A DNA stretch of 64,000 bases. It comes from Oscillospiraceae bacterium (GTDB lineage: Bacteria > Bacteroidota > Bacteroidia > Bacteroidales > WCHB1-69). Under the pieces are notes generated by a model. It saw only the letters and a program-made list of their open reading frames with translations. It was not told the origin of the DNA and did no database searches. Where the stretch lies: assembly GCA_963620035.1 (NCBI GenBank), contig CAVEXN010000001.1:54792-118791 (forward strand). Reading direction: 5' to 3'. The first letter of the stretch is position 1. The number at the start of each line of letters is the position of its first letter. Below are positions 28,039 to 35,999 of the stretch, one piece after another. The position numbers were made by a program, and so were the translations under genes.

Positions 28039-29493
28039 ATGAAATTCAACCCGGAAAAATGCAGGATCCCTGACGAAACAGGGAAACCGTTCATCGATGC
28101 CGATGAATTGTGGGACTACATCAACAACACCGAAAGCACGCCTGAACGTGTACACGAGATTATTAAGAAGTCGCTTGACAAAAACCGTCTGACACTGGAA
28201 GAGACAGCCGTACTCATCAACACGGAAGACCCTGCATTGGTAGAAGAGATCAAGGAGGGTGCGAGAGAACTGAAACGGCGCATCTACGGCAACCGCATAG
28301 TGCTGTTCGCACCGTTGTATGTCGGCAACTACTGCATCAACAATTGCAAATATTGTGGTTTCCGCTCTTCGAACAGCAACCAGGTCCGGGCTACGCTTTC
28401 AGACGAGGAACTGGTTCACAATGTAGAAGCCCTTGAGGACGACGGCCAAAAGCGGCTTATCCTGGTCTATGGCGAATCGCCCAAGTATTCGCCGGAATTC
28501 ATTGCCCACACCGTTGGGTTGACTTATGCTACCAAGAAGGGCAACGGTTCCATCCGTCGCGTCAACATCAACGCCGCACCGCTGGATGTGGAGGGATTCC
28601 GCACCGTGAAGGAAGCCGGCATCGGCACCTACCAGATCTTCCAGGAAACCTATCACCCCGAAGCCTACAGACTTTACCACCCTGCCAACACCCGGAAAGG
28701 CAACTACGAGTGGCGTCTTACCGCTATGGACCGCGCCCAGGAAGCCGGTATCGACGACAACGGGCTTGGCGTGCTCTTCGGTCTTTACGACTGGCGTTTT
28801 GAGGTGATGGCCATGATCAGACACACGAACCATCTGGAGGCCTGCTTCAACGTCGGGCCGCACACCATCTCTTTTCCGCGCATCAAGGATGCTTCAGGAC
28901 TCGACATCGACCGCAAATATATGGTTGACGATGACACGTTCGAGAAAGTCATCGCCATTTTCCGCCTTGCCGTCCCCTATACGGGCATGATTCTGACTGC
29001 CCGCGAAACCGCCGAGTTCCGCTCTAAAGCCATCCAATACGGCATCTCGCAGATTGACGGCGGCACGAACCTGCAGATCGGCGATTACAAATACCACAAC
29101 CAAGAGACAGAGAAAAACACCGACAAAGTTGAAGACCAGAACCTCGACCGCGAACAGTTCAAGGTTGGAGACGACCGCTCGTTAGGCGAAATCATCGACA
29201 AACTGCTCGACGACAACTATATACCTAGTTTCTGCACCGCCTGCTATCGTCTGGGACGTACCGGAGAGCATTTTATGGAGTTCAGCGTCCCCGGCTTCAT
29301 CAAGCGCTATTGCACGCCCAATGCTATTCTGACCCTCAGCGAGTATCTGGTGGACTACGCCAAACCGGAAGTGGCCGAGAAAGGCTGGCGGGTTGTCGAG
29401 AACAATATGGAAAATGTGGACGAAAAGTTCCGCGATGAACTGAGAAACCGTATTGAACGCATCAAGAAAGGCGAACGCGACCTTTATTTCTAA
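28039..29493 (+). CDS. hydG: [FeFe]-hydrogenase H-cluster radical SAM maturase HydG
   Basis: It has the radical SAM motif CINNCKYCGF and the C-terminal auxiliary-cluster motif CTACYR...(22 aa)...CTPNA. The product is 484 aa. Confidence 0.85.
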   Translation: MKFNPEKCRIPDETGKPFIDADELWDYINNTESTPERVHEIIKKSLDKNRLTLEETAVLINTEDPALVEEIKEGARELKRRIYGNRIVLFAPLYVGNYCINNCKYCGFRSSNSNQVRATLSDEELVHNVEALEDDGQKRLILVYGESPKYSPEFIAHTVGLTYATKKGNGSIRRVNINAAPLDVEGFRTVKEAGIGTYQIFQETYHPEAYRLYHPANTRKGNYEWRLTAMDRAQEAGIDDNGLGVLFGLYDWRFEVMAMIRHTNHLEACFNVGPHTISFPRIKDASGLDIDRKYMVDDDTFEKVIAIFRLAVPYTGMILTARETAEFRSKAIQYGISQIDGGTNLQIGDYKYHNQETEKNTDKVEDQNLDREQFKVGDDRSLGEIIDKLLDDNYIPSFCTACYRLGRTGEHFMEFSVPGFIKRYCTPNAILTLSEYLVDYAKPEVAEKGWRVVENNMENVDEKFRDELRNRIERIKKGERDLYF

Positions 29494-29555
29494 AAGGCTG
29501 CCGACAACGGCAAACTGCTGAATTTTAGTATTATATTACAGAGAGACGGTTCTGG

Positions 29556-30557
29556 TTATCGCAAGATTTTCAGAACCATCTCTTTTAGCAGTTCCCCCTC
29601 TGTACAATTGGTGTCCACCCCCTTCGACTTGACATCATATTCGCGAAGTACCGACATGATGTACGCTAGGCGCGGCAGCGTGTGGCTCTGTGCATATCCT
29701 ACATTCCGACTCACAACAGAGGGCGGAAGATTGCCGTAAATCTCACGGAGTGCTGTCTGGCTCTTGTCTGGCGACAAATGATACAGCACCATTTTCTGGT
29801 AAAAGTTATACAGCATCAGAATCGTTTTGATATTCGGGTTCTCTTTGAGGTGTTGCGTGAAATTGAGGGCGATTTTGTATGCCCGCTGCGCATCGTTCCG
29901 CCCCAAAGCCTCCTGCAATTCAAAGATATTGTACTCTTTGCTGATTCCGACATACTTTTCCACGATGTCGGGGGTTATGGTCTGACCTTTGGGCAGCACC
30001 ACCTTCAGTTTTTCAAACTCATTGTAGATGCGGGAGAGATTGTTGCCGATATGCTCGGTAAAAATAGAGGAGGTTTGCGGTTCAATGCCGAAACCGAACT
30101 GCTGGGCGGCTTTCTGCACCCACCCCGCAAGTTCCCAATCCTTTACCCCGACCGACTCAAACACTACCCCGTGTTTTTCGTACGGTTTGTACTGGGCAGC
30201 CTTAAGTTTTCCATACTTGTAACAAATCACCAGCACGGCAGTGCTGACCGGATTCTCAACGTATGTTTTCAGCTTGTCTATGTCCTTAAGGTCTTTGGCT
30301 TCTTTGACGATAACCAGCCTGAAAGGACTTCCGAACGGATACTCTTTGGCGGTGGCAGTGATGTCTGCGGCGGATGTGTCCTTCCCGTAAACGACCATCT
30401 GGTTGAAGTCGCGCGCCTCGGGATCGATGACCTTGTTCTCGAAAAAACTGCATATCCGGTCAATGTAAAACGGTTCTTCGCCCATCAACAAATAAACAGG
30501 GGAAAACTGACCCTTTTTGAGTTGGCTTTTTAATTCGTCGTACTTAATCATAACCAA
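29556..30557 (-). CDS. holA: DNA polymerase III subunit delta
   Basis: The 333-aa product carries PVYLLMGEEPFYID and LVIVKEAKDL and has HolA-like length and pattern. Confidence 0.8.
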   Translation of the reverse strand: MVMIKYDELKSQLKKGQFSPVYLLMGEEPFYIDRICSFFENKVIDPEARDFNQMVVYGKDTSAADITATAKEYPFGSPFRLVIVKEAKDLKDIDKLKTYVENPVSTAVLVICYKYGKLKAAQYKPYEKHGVVFESVGVKDWELAGWVQKAAQQFGFGIEPQTSSIFTEHIGNNLSRIYNEFEKLKVVLPKGQTITPDIVEKYVGISKEYNIFELQEALGRNDAQRAYKIALNFTQHLKENPNIKTILMLYNFYQKMVLYHLSPDKSQTALREIYGNLPPSVVSRNVGYAQSHTLPRLAYIMSVLREYDVKSKGVDTNCTEGELLKEMVLKILR

Positions 30558-30574
30558 TTATTGATTAAAGGCGA

Positions 30575-30582
30575 CAAAGATA
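30575..30582 (-). promoter_or_regulatory. -7 promoter box (TATCTTTG on the minus strand) for holA
   Basis: CAAAGATA on the plus strand lies 18 nt upstream of the holA start. Confidence 0.5.
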
Positions 30583-30700
30583 CAAAATTGGAATCACACT
30601 CGACCAATGACCGAGGCGGCCTTCACGGCAGCCGCACGAAACAGACTTTAGACTTTAGAGGCGTTACGCATATTGTTCCATCTTTCATCATAAGTCTTAA

Positions 30701-30790
30701 TTCTCAAGTCAGCACTGGTCTTGTGCGATGGACGAAAAGAGTCTCACGTCAGCACTGGTCTTGTGCGTTGGACGAAAAAAGTCTCAAGTC
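30701..30790. repeat. 40-bp direct tandem repeat, about 2.3 copies
   Basis: Units 30701-30740 and 30741-30780 are identical at 36 of 40 positions (TCTCAAGTCAGCACTGGTCTTGTGCGATGGACGAAAAGAG and its variant). A third partial unit (GTCTCAAGTC) starts at 30781. Confidence 0.9.
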
Positions 30791-30868
30791 TGCCCGGCGC
30801 ATGTTTTTTATAACTTTGCCACTTGAATCTATGTTGCCCAATAATGTTTGTCCTACAAAGAACTTTTG

Positions 30869-30876
30869 TATCTTTG
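30869..30876 (+). promoter_or_regulatory. -7 promoter box (TATCTTTG) for the methyltransferase/endonuclease operon
   Basis: An exact motif lies upstream of the ATGs at 30893 and 30917. Confidence 0.55.
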
Positions 30877-30916
30877 CGCAAATTTTGCAGGAATGCACTT
30901 CTGGTGGTTCACGACA

Positions 30917-32224
30917 ATGGAAACAACGGTCAGATTCATTGATTTATTCGCCGGCATCGGCGGCATACGGATGGGGTTGGAACTTGCCGCAGAGAAGTCG
31001 GGCTGCAGATCCGTATGTGTGTTCACGTCCGAGATCAAAGAGGCTGCCATACGGATTCTCAAACAAAACCATCCCGAAGACCATATCACGGGCGACATCA
31101 CCAAAGTCAACGCCAAAGACATCCCCGATTTTGACGTGCTTTGCGGCGGATTCCCTTGTCAGGCATTCTCGGCCGCCGGCAACAGGGACGGTTTTGCCGA
31201 CACTCGCGGCACACTGTTCTTTGATGTGGAACGGATCATCGTCGCAAAGAAACCGAAAGGATTTATTTTGGAAAATGTCGAAGGGTTGGCTTCCCATGAC
31301 GGAGGCAATACGTTACAAGTCATTTTGGGCAATTTAGAGGCTGCCGGGTACCGGGTTTCCCACAAAGTGCTCAATTCTGCCGATTTTGGGATGCCACAGG
31401 AACGCAAAAGGATTTATTTTGTGGGAATCAGGAAGGATTTGTGCAAGGAGGCCGTTTCTTTGGACGACTTTCCCGTCAAGAAAGCGGTTTTGGCCAACAT
31501 ATTGGAAACGGGGAAGCCTGTCGCCGACTCTCCCTTTGTAAAACAACTGCTTAGCCTTTTTACTGTAGCGCAATTGGAGGGAAAAGCCATAAAAGACAAG
31601 AGGGGCGGAACGGCGAACCTGCACAGTTGGGATCTTCAAATCAAAGGCCCGGTTTCCCCTGAGCAGAAAGAACTGCTCAACCGTCTGATGACAGAACGAA
31701 GGAAGAAGAAGTGGGCAGACAAAATTGGCATAAAGTGGATGGATGGTATGCCGCTCACGAAAAAGCAGATTGAGAGTTTCTATTGGCACAAAGATTTGCA
31801 GGAGATGCTGGATGATTTGACAGAAAAGGGATACCTCAGGTACGAGCACCCCAAACAGCAAGTTGCAGACACGCACATTGCGCCGAATGGGAAAACCGTA
31901 ACGACATACCGGAGAGTAAAGGACACGTCCAAGCCCAAAGGATATAACATAGTGGCCGGCAAGTTGAGTTATGAAGTCGGCAAAGTTCTCTCTCCGAAAG
32001 AGGTCACCCCCACCCTCGTGGCCACTGACATGAAACATCTCTTTGTCGGCGACAACGGTGGCTTGCGCACGCTGACCCTGAGAGAAGGGCTGAGGCTGTT
32101 CGGCTATCCGGAGTTCTTCAAATTCGACATTGGCGAAGCAGAGGGGTTCGACCTGCTTGGAAATACAGTCGCCGTGCCGGTAATTGAAGCCATTTCCGGA
32201 AGATTGTTAGAGAAGATCAAATAA
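30917..32224 (+). CDS. DNA (cytosine-5)-methyltransferase
   Basis: All canonical C5-MTase motifs occur in order: I FAGIGG, IV GFPCQAFS, VI ENVEGL, VIII QERKRIYFVG, IX REGLRLFGYP and X GNTVAVPV. The variable region is about 215 aa. Confidence 0.92.
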   Translation: METTVRFIDLFAGIGGIRMGLELAAEKSGCRSVCVFTSEIKEAAIRILKQNHPEDHITGDITKVNAKDIPDFDVLCGGFPCQAFSAAGNRDGFADTRGTLFFDVERIIVAKKPKGFILENVEGLASHDGGNTLQVILGNLEAAGYRVSHKVLNSADFGMPQERKRIYFVGIRKDLCKEAVSLDDFPVKKAVLANILETGKPVADSPFVKQLLSLFTVAQLEGKAIKDKRGGTANLHSWDLQIKGPVSPEQKELLNRLMTERRKKKWADKIGIKWMDGMPLTKKQIESFYWHKDLQEMLDDLTEKGYLRYEHPKQQVADTHIAPNGKTVTTYRRVKDTSKPKGYNIVAGKLSYEVGKVLSPKEVTPTLVATDMKHLFVGDNGGLRTLTLREGLRLFGYPEFFKFDIGEAEGFDLLGNTVAVPVIEAISGRLLEKIK

Positions 32225-32231
32225 TAATGCA

Positions 32232-32969
32232 ATGGAACACATAACCGCAGAGGAACTATACTCCAGACTGCTGAAAGATTTCAAAATAAAAGAACGTGAA
32301 GGTCAAATAACATTCAAGCTGGGTGATGTTGGCATTATTGTACGACAACGCGATGTAGTCGGCAATATCATTCAGGAATGGCTGGAAGGTTGGCTTCGCA
32401 GCAATGATATCTGCTACCAACCCAACCCCAACACTCAAATGCCGCCCGACATATTCCTCAATGAAGACAAAACGAAATATTTAGTTGAGGTTAAAGCATT
32501 CCATGCTGAAGGAAGCCCTGGCTTTGACATCGCAGACTTCAAAGCATACGTGCGTGAAATAATAGAAAAGCCGTATATGCTACATGTCAAATACTTAATC
32601 TTTGCATACAAGATGGATTCTGATGGGACTGTGACTATTTCTGATTTATGGTTAAAGAATGTGTGGGAAATCAGTGCGGCGATGAAACGAGAGTCAAACT
32701 GGACCGTAAAAGTACAGTTTAAAAACAAACAGATTCATAAACTCCGGCCAGCGGTATGGTATTCTGAAAAACCATCAAAAACACCCGTGTTCGAGACTTT
32801 GGAGGACTATCTCGCCGCATTGGAGGAAACGATTTTCAAGTATTCAGAAACCAGAGAACTGGCAAATAGCGGATGGAAAGACAAAATTATTAATGCCTAT
32901 AAGAAACAATACGGCATCACTTTGCAGATTCCGCGATGGATGGACATTGAATCCAAATATAGGCTTTAG
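32232..32969 (+). CDS. type II restriction endonuclease, PD-(D/E)xK fold (specificity unknown)
   Basis: It starts 7 nt after the methyltransferase stop. It has a PD...(D/E)xK-like site (MPPDIFLNEDKTKYLVEVKAF) and is visibly more AT-rich than the flanking genes. Confidence 0.6.
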   Translation: MEHITAEELYSRLLKDFKIKEREGQITFKLGDVGIIVRQRDVVGNIIQEWLEGWLRSNDICYQPNPNTQMPPDIFLNEDKTKYLVEVKAFHAEGSPGFDIADFKAYVREIIEKPYMLHVKYLIFAYKMDSDGTVTISDLWLKNVWEISAAMKRESNWTVKVQFKNKQIHKLRPAVWYSEKPSKTPVFETLEDYLAALEETIFKYSETRELANSGWKDKIINAYKKQYGITLQIPRWMDIESKYRL

Positions 32970-33222
32970 TCCTTTCTCAAAAAATCTTCACTTCTTTTCT
33001 CTCCCTTTGTAGTATTGCGCTTTGACCTATGTGAAATAACCGTATTGCACGGCATTTTTCGGGCTGTGGTGCTACGCCAACGCAATGGACGCGCAATGAC
33101 CCGAAGGACCTCGAAAAGACTCTGCCCGTTGACCGCCGTCTGTATGACGGACGCGGCGGTGGCGTAGTTCTCCGCAACGGTTTCCGTGCGGAAGCATCCG
33201 CCGGTCTTGAGTTTGGGAAACT

Positions 33223-34896
33223 TTATTTGCAGTTGTGCTTTCCTGTGAGACGATAGGTTTTCATGCCACCGATAAGGTTATAGACAGGCTCAAAACCGGA
33301 TTGCATCATAATGCGGGCGGCAATGTATCCGCGCAAGCCCACTTCGCAGAATATTATTGTCTTTTTGTCTTGTGGAATGTCGTCCAGAAACTCGCGGAGT
33401 TCGTTTAGGGGATAGTTTGTTGCCCCCTCTATCGTTCCGCCTTTGAATTCCTGTATGTCGCGAACATCGATGAGATTGATATCCTCTTTTGCATCCAGAA
33501 TCTTGTCCAGTTCATCATACTGTATAGGATTCATCAAATGGGCAAAGATGTTTTCGGCCACCATGCCAGCAAACTGAACCGGACTCTTTGCCGAAGCAAA
33601 AGGCGGCGCATATACATGCTCGCTGTTCACCATATCGAAGATGGTGCCGTGGTGCTTGAGCAGCAGCGACAACGCGTCAATCTGCTTGTCCACATTCTCC
33701 TTGCCTACCGCCTGTGCGCCGAGCAGAAGTCCTGTTTCGGGGTCGAAGTTGATTTTCAGATGGACAGGACTGCTTCCGGGATAATAGGTGGCATGAGAGG
33801 CAGGATGAATGATGACCGTTTGGAAATTGATGCCCTGTTTGCGCAAGATGTGCTCCGACAGACCGGCGGCGGCAGCTGTAAGGTCAAAGACCTTGGCAAT
33901 GGCAGCCGTCACAGACCCGTTGTATTTAACAGAATGCGGATAAACCATATTCATGGCTGCAATGCGTGCCTGCAAGTTGGCAGGTCCCGCCAGAAAATTG
34001 CAATAGGACTTTCCCGTGATGGGATGCGGGAATTCAACGGCATCGCCCACTGCAAAAACGGTTTCGTCTGAAGTCTGCATATATTCGTCCACATGTATGC
34101 CGCCCGTCGCGCCGAGTTTCAGCCCGCAGTCTTCTGCCAAATGTGCATTAGGCTGCACACCAATGCTTAATATGGCAAGGTCGCAGTCAAGAACATCGCC
34201 ATTTTCGAGAGAGACTGTCAATTTTTCCTTTTCCTCTTTAATTGAGGACAAGCCATTGCCGACAATCACCTTGATTCCCTTGTCGGCAAGATGCTGCTGC
34301 ACAATGGCAGCCATAGGCAAGTCAAGCGGCTGCAGTATATGGTCGGCTTTTTCCACCACCGTTACGCCGTAGCCTATTTTGTGCAGGTTTTCCGCCATCT
34401 CGAGACCAATGAAACCGCCGCCCACAATCACGGCGGCAGAGCCCTCACTCAGCCGGTCGGCAGCCGATGCCTTTATGCGGTCACAGTCCATCACATTCCT
34501 CAGGGTAAAAACACTGGGGAGGGTTGCGCCAGGCACGTCGGGTATCATAGGGTCGGCACCCGGGGAAAGCAACAGGATGTCATAGTCCTCCTCATATTTT
34601 TCCCCGTTTCGGTGGTTGAGAACCATGACTGTCTTTTTTTTGCGGTCAATCGACAATGCTTCGTTAAAAGTCCGTACATCCACATTGTAGCGATTTCCGA
34701 ACGAAACGGGGGTTTGCAGGAACAGTTTTTTTCTTTCCTCAATCATTTCGCCAATGTAATACGGAAGCCCGCAGTTGGCGTACGAGATATGTTCGCCTTT
34801 TTCAAGCAGGATGATTTCAGCATCTTCGTTCAGTCTTCTGAGCCTTGCGGCAGCAGATGCCCCACCTGCCACTCCGCCGATGATTATATATTTCAT
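33223..34896 (-). CDS. CoA-disulfide reductase / NAD(P)H persulfide-type reductase with a C-terminal rhodanese domain
   Basis: It has the FAD motif IIIGGVAGGASAA, the single redox Cys SYANCGLPYY and a second NAD fold IVGGGFIGLE. The C-terminal rhodanese domain has active-site Cys FCEVGLRG. The start was set at MKYIIIGG. Confidence 0.8.
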   Translation of the reverse strand: MKYIIIGGVAGGASAAARLRRLNEDAEIILLEKGEHISYANCGLPYYIGEMIEERKKLFLQTPVSFGNRYNVDVRTFNEALSIDRKKKTVMVLNHRNGEKYEEDYDILLLSPGADPMIPDVPGATLPSVFTLRNVMDCDRIKASAADRLSEGSAAVIVGGGFIGLEMAENLHKIGYGVTVVEKADHILQPLDLPMAAIVQQHLADKGIKVIVGNGLSSIKEEKEKLTVSLENGDVLDCDLAILSIGVQPNAHLAEDCGLKLGATGGIHVDEYMQTSDETVFAVGDAVEFPHPITGKSYCNFLAGPANLQARIAAMNMVYPHSVKYNGSVTAAIAKVFDLTAAAAGLSEHILRKQGINFQTVIIHPASHATYYPGSSPVHLKINFDPETGLLLGAQAVGKENVDKQIDALSLLLKHHGTIFDMVNSEHVYAPPFASAKSPVQFAGMVAENIFAHLMNPIQYDELDKILDAKEDINLIDVRDIQEFKGGTIEGATNYPLNELREFLDDIPQDKKTIIFCEVGLRGYIAARIMMQSGFEPVYNLIGGMKTYRLTGKHNCK

Positions 34897-35999
34897 AGGT
34901 ATATTTTTTTTAAGGTTTCTTCTTCGTTTTGCCAAGTCAATTCCTTTGCTGCCGCCTTGCAGTTTTCGCGGCACTGTGCATAGAGTCCTGGCGTTTCAAT
35001 CATCTTTCGCACAGTGCCGGCAATAGTTTCCGGCGATAGGTTCTCCGTGACGAGTCCAACGCCGTAATGGCTGACAATGGCGGCGCGCTCTGTAAGGTTC
35101 GACACCACTTGCGGCGTTCCGGCATGTATATACTCGAATATCTTGTTGGGCAGACTGAAGCGCAAGTTGGCGCTGACATCACGGTCGAGTGCCATGCCTA
35201 TGTCTGCTAACGCTGTGTAATTGAACAGGTTCTGCTGGTCTTGTCGCCCGACAAAAGTTATTCTGTCTTCAATTTTAAGTTCTGCCGCCATCTTCTTGAG
35301 GCGAGGCAACACTTTCCCGTTACCCACAATGAAGAGATGTGCCTGTGGCAGCAGCGCCATGGCCTGCACCAGTTCTTCACCTCCGCGCCCCTCATCAATG
35401 GCATTGCCCTGCAAGATCAAGATTGTCTTGTCAGCGGGCATGCGCAATGATGCCTTAATAGCCGTTATTTGCTGCTTGCGGGCCGGCGGAATATTACGCA
35501 CCAGATATGGGCGTATGCCATACTCCTTTTCGTATTGGTCCACAATAGACTGGCTGACCGTGATGACTTTCTGGAGTTTAGGGAAACAAAAGCGTTCTAT
35601 GCTGCCCCATACTTTCAAGGCCGCGGGGTTGCTGACCACGGAAAGTTCGCCGCAAAAGTACTCATGGCTGTCATAGACCAACTCCTTGTTGCGGATTCTG
35701 CTGACAAGGAAATTGGGGAGCAGTGTATCCAAATCATTGGCAATCAATATGTCGCACTTTTTGAAGAGAAGATAGAGAAACAGACGTACATTGTATTCCG
35801 CATAAAAGAGGCAGCCTTTGCGGAAAAACAGCCTCAACCGCTTGGTTTTATACGTTCTGGGGGACAAAGAAGGGGAGTTTCCGTAGCATCGCCCCACCAA
35901 CGTCACCGCAAAACCGTTTCGCACAAGAAACTGCGCCACCTTGTCCACACGCGGATCCGTGTAGAGGTCATTTGTGACAGACAATATGGCCCGTTTCAT
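34893..35999 (-). CDS. glycosyltransferase (GT-B fold, GT4-like)
   Basis: The 368-aa product has a C-terminal EYIHAGTPQV-type E-x7-E region. Its start ATG overlaps the secA stop (TAATG). Confidence 0.65.
   Translation of the reverse strand: MKRAILSVTNDLYTDPRVDKVAQFLVRNGFAVTLVGRCYGNSPSLSPRTYKTKRLRLFFRKGCLFYAEYNVRLFLYLLFKKCDILIANDLDTLLPNFLVSRIRNKELVYDSHEYFCGELSVVSNPAALKVWGSIERFCFPKLQKVITVSQSIVDQYEKEYGIRPYLVRNIPPARKQQITAIKASLRMPADKTILILQGNAIDEGRGGEELVQAMALLPQAHLFIVGNGKVLPRLKKMAAELKIEDRITFVGRQDQQNLFNYTALADIGMALDRDVSANLRFSLPNKIFEYIHAGTPQVVSNLTERAAIVSHYGVGLVTENLSPETIAGTVRKMIETPGLYAQCRENCKAAAKELTWQNEEETLKKIYL

Noticed and set aside
30701-30790. I considered whether the 40-bp tandem repeat is a small CRISPR array.
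   Set aside because: The units are directly adjacent with no unique spacers, there are only about 2.3 copies, and no cas genes occur in the window.
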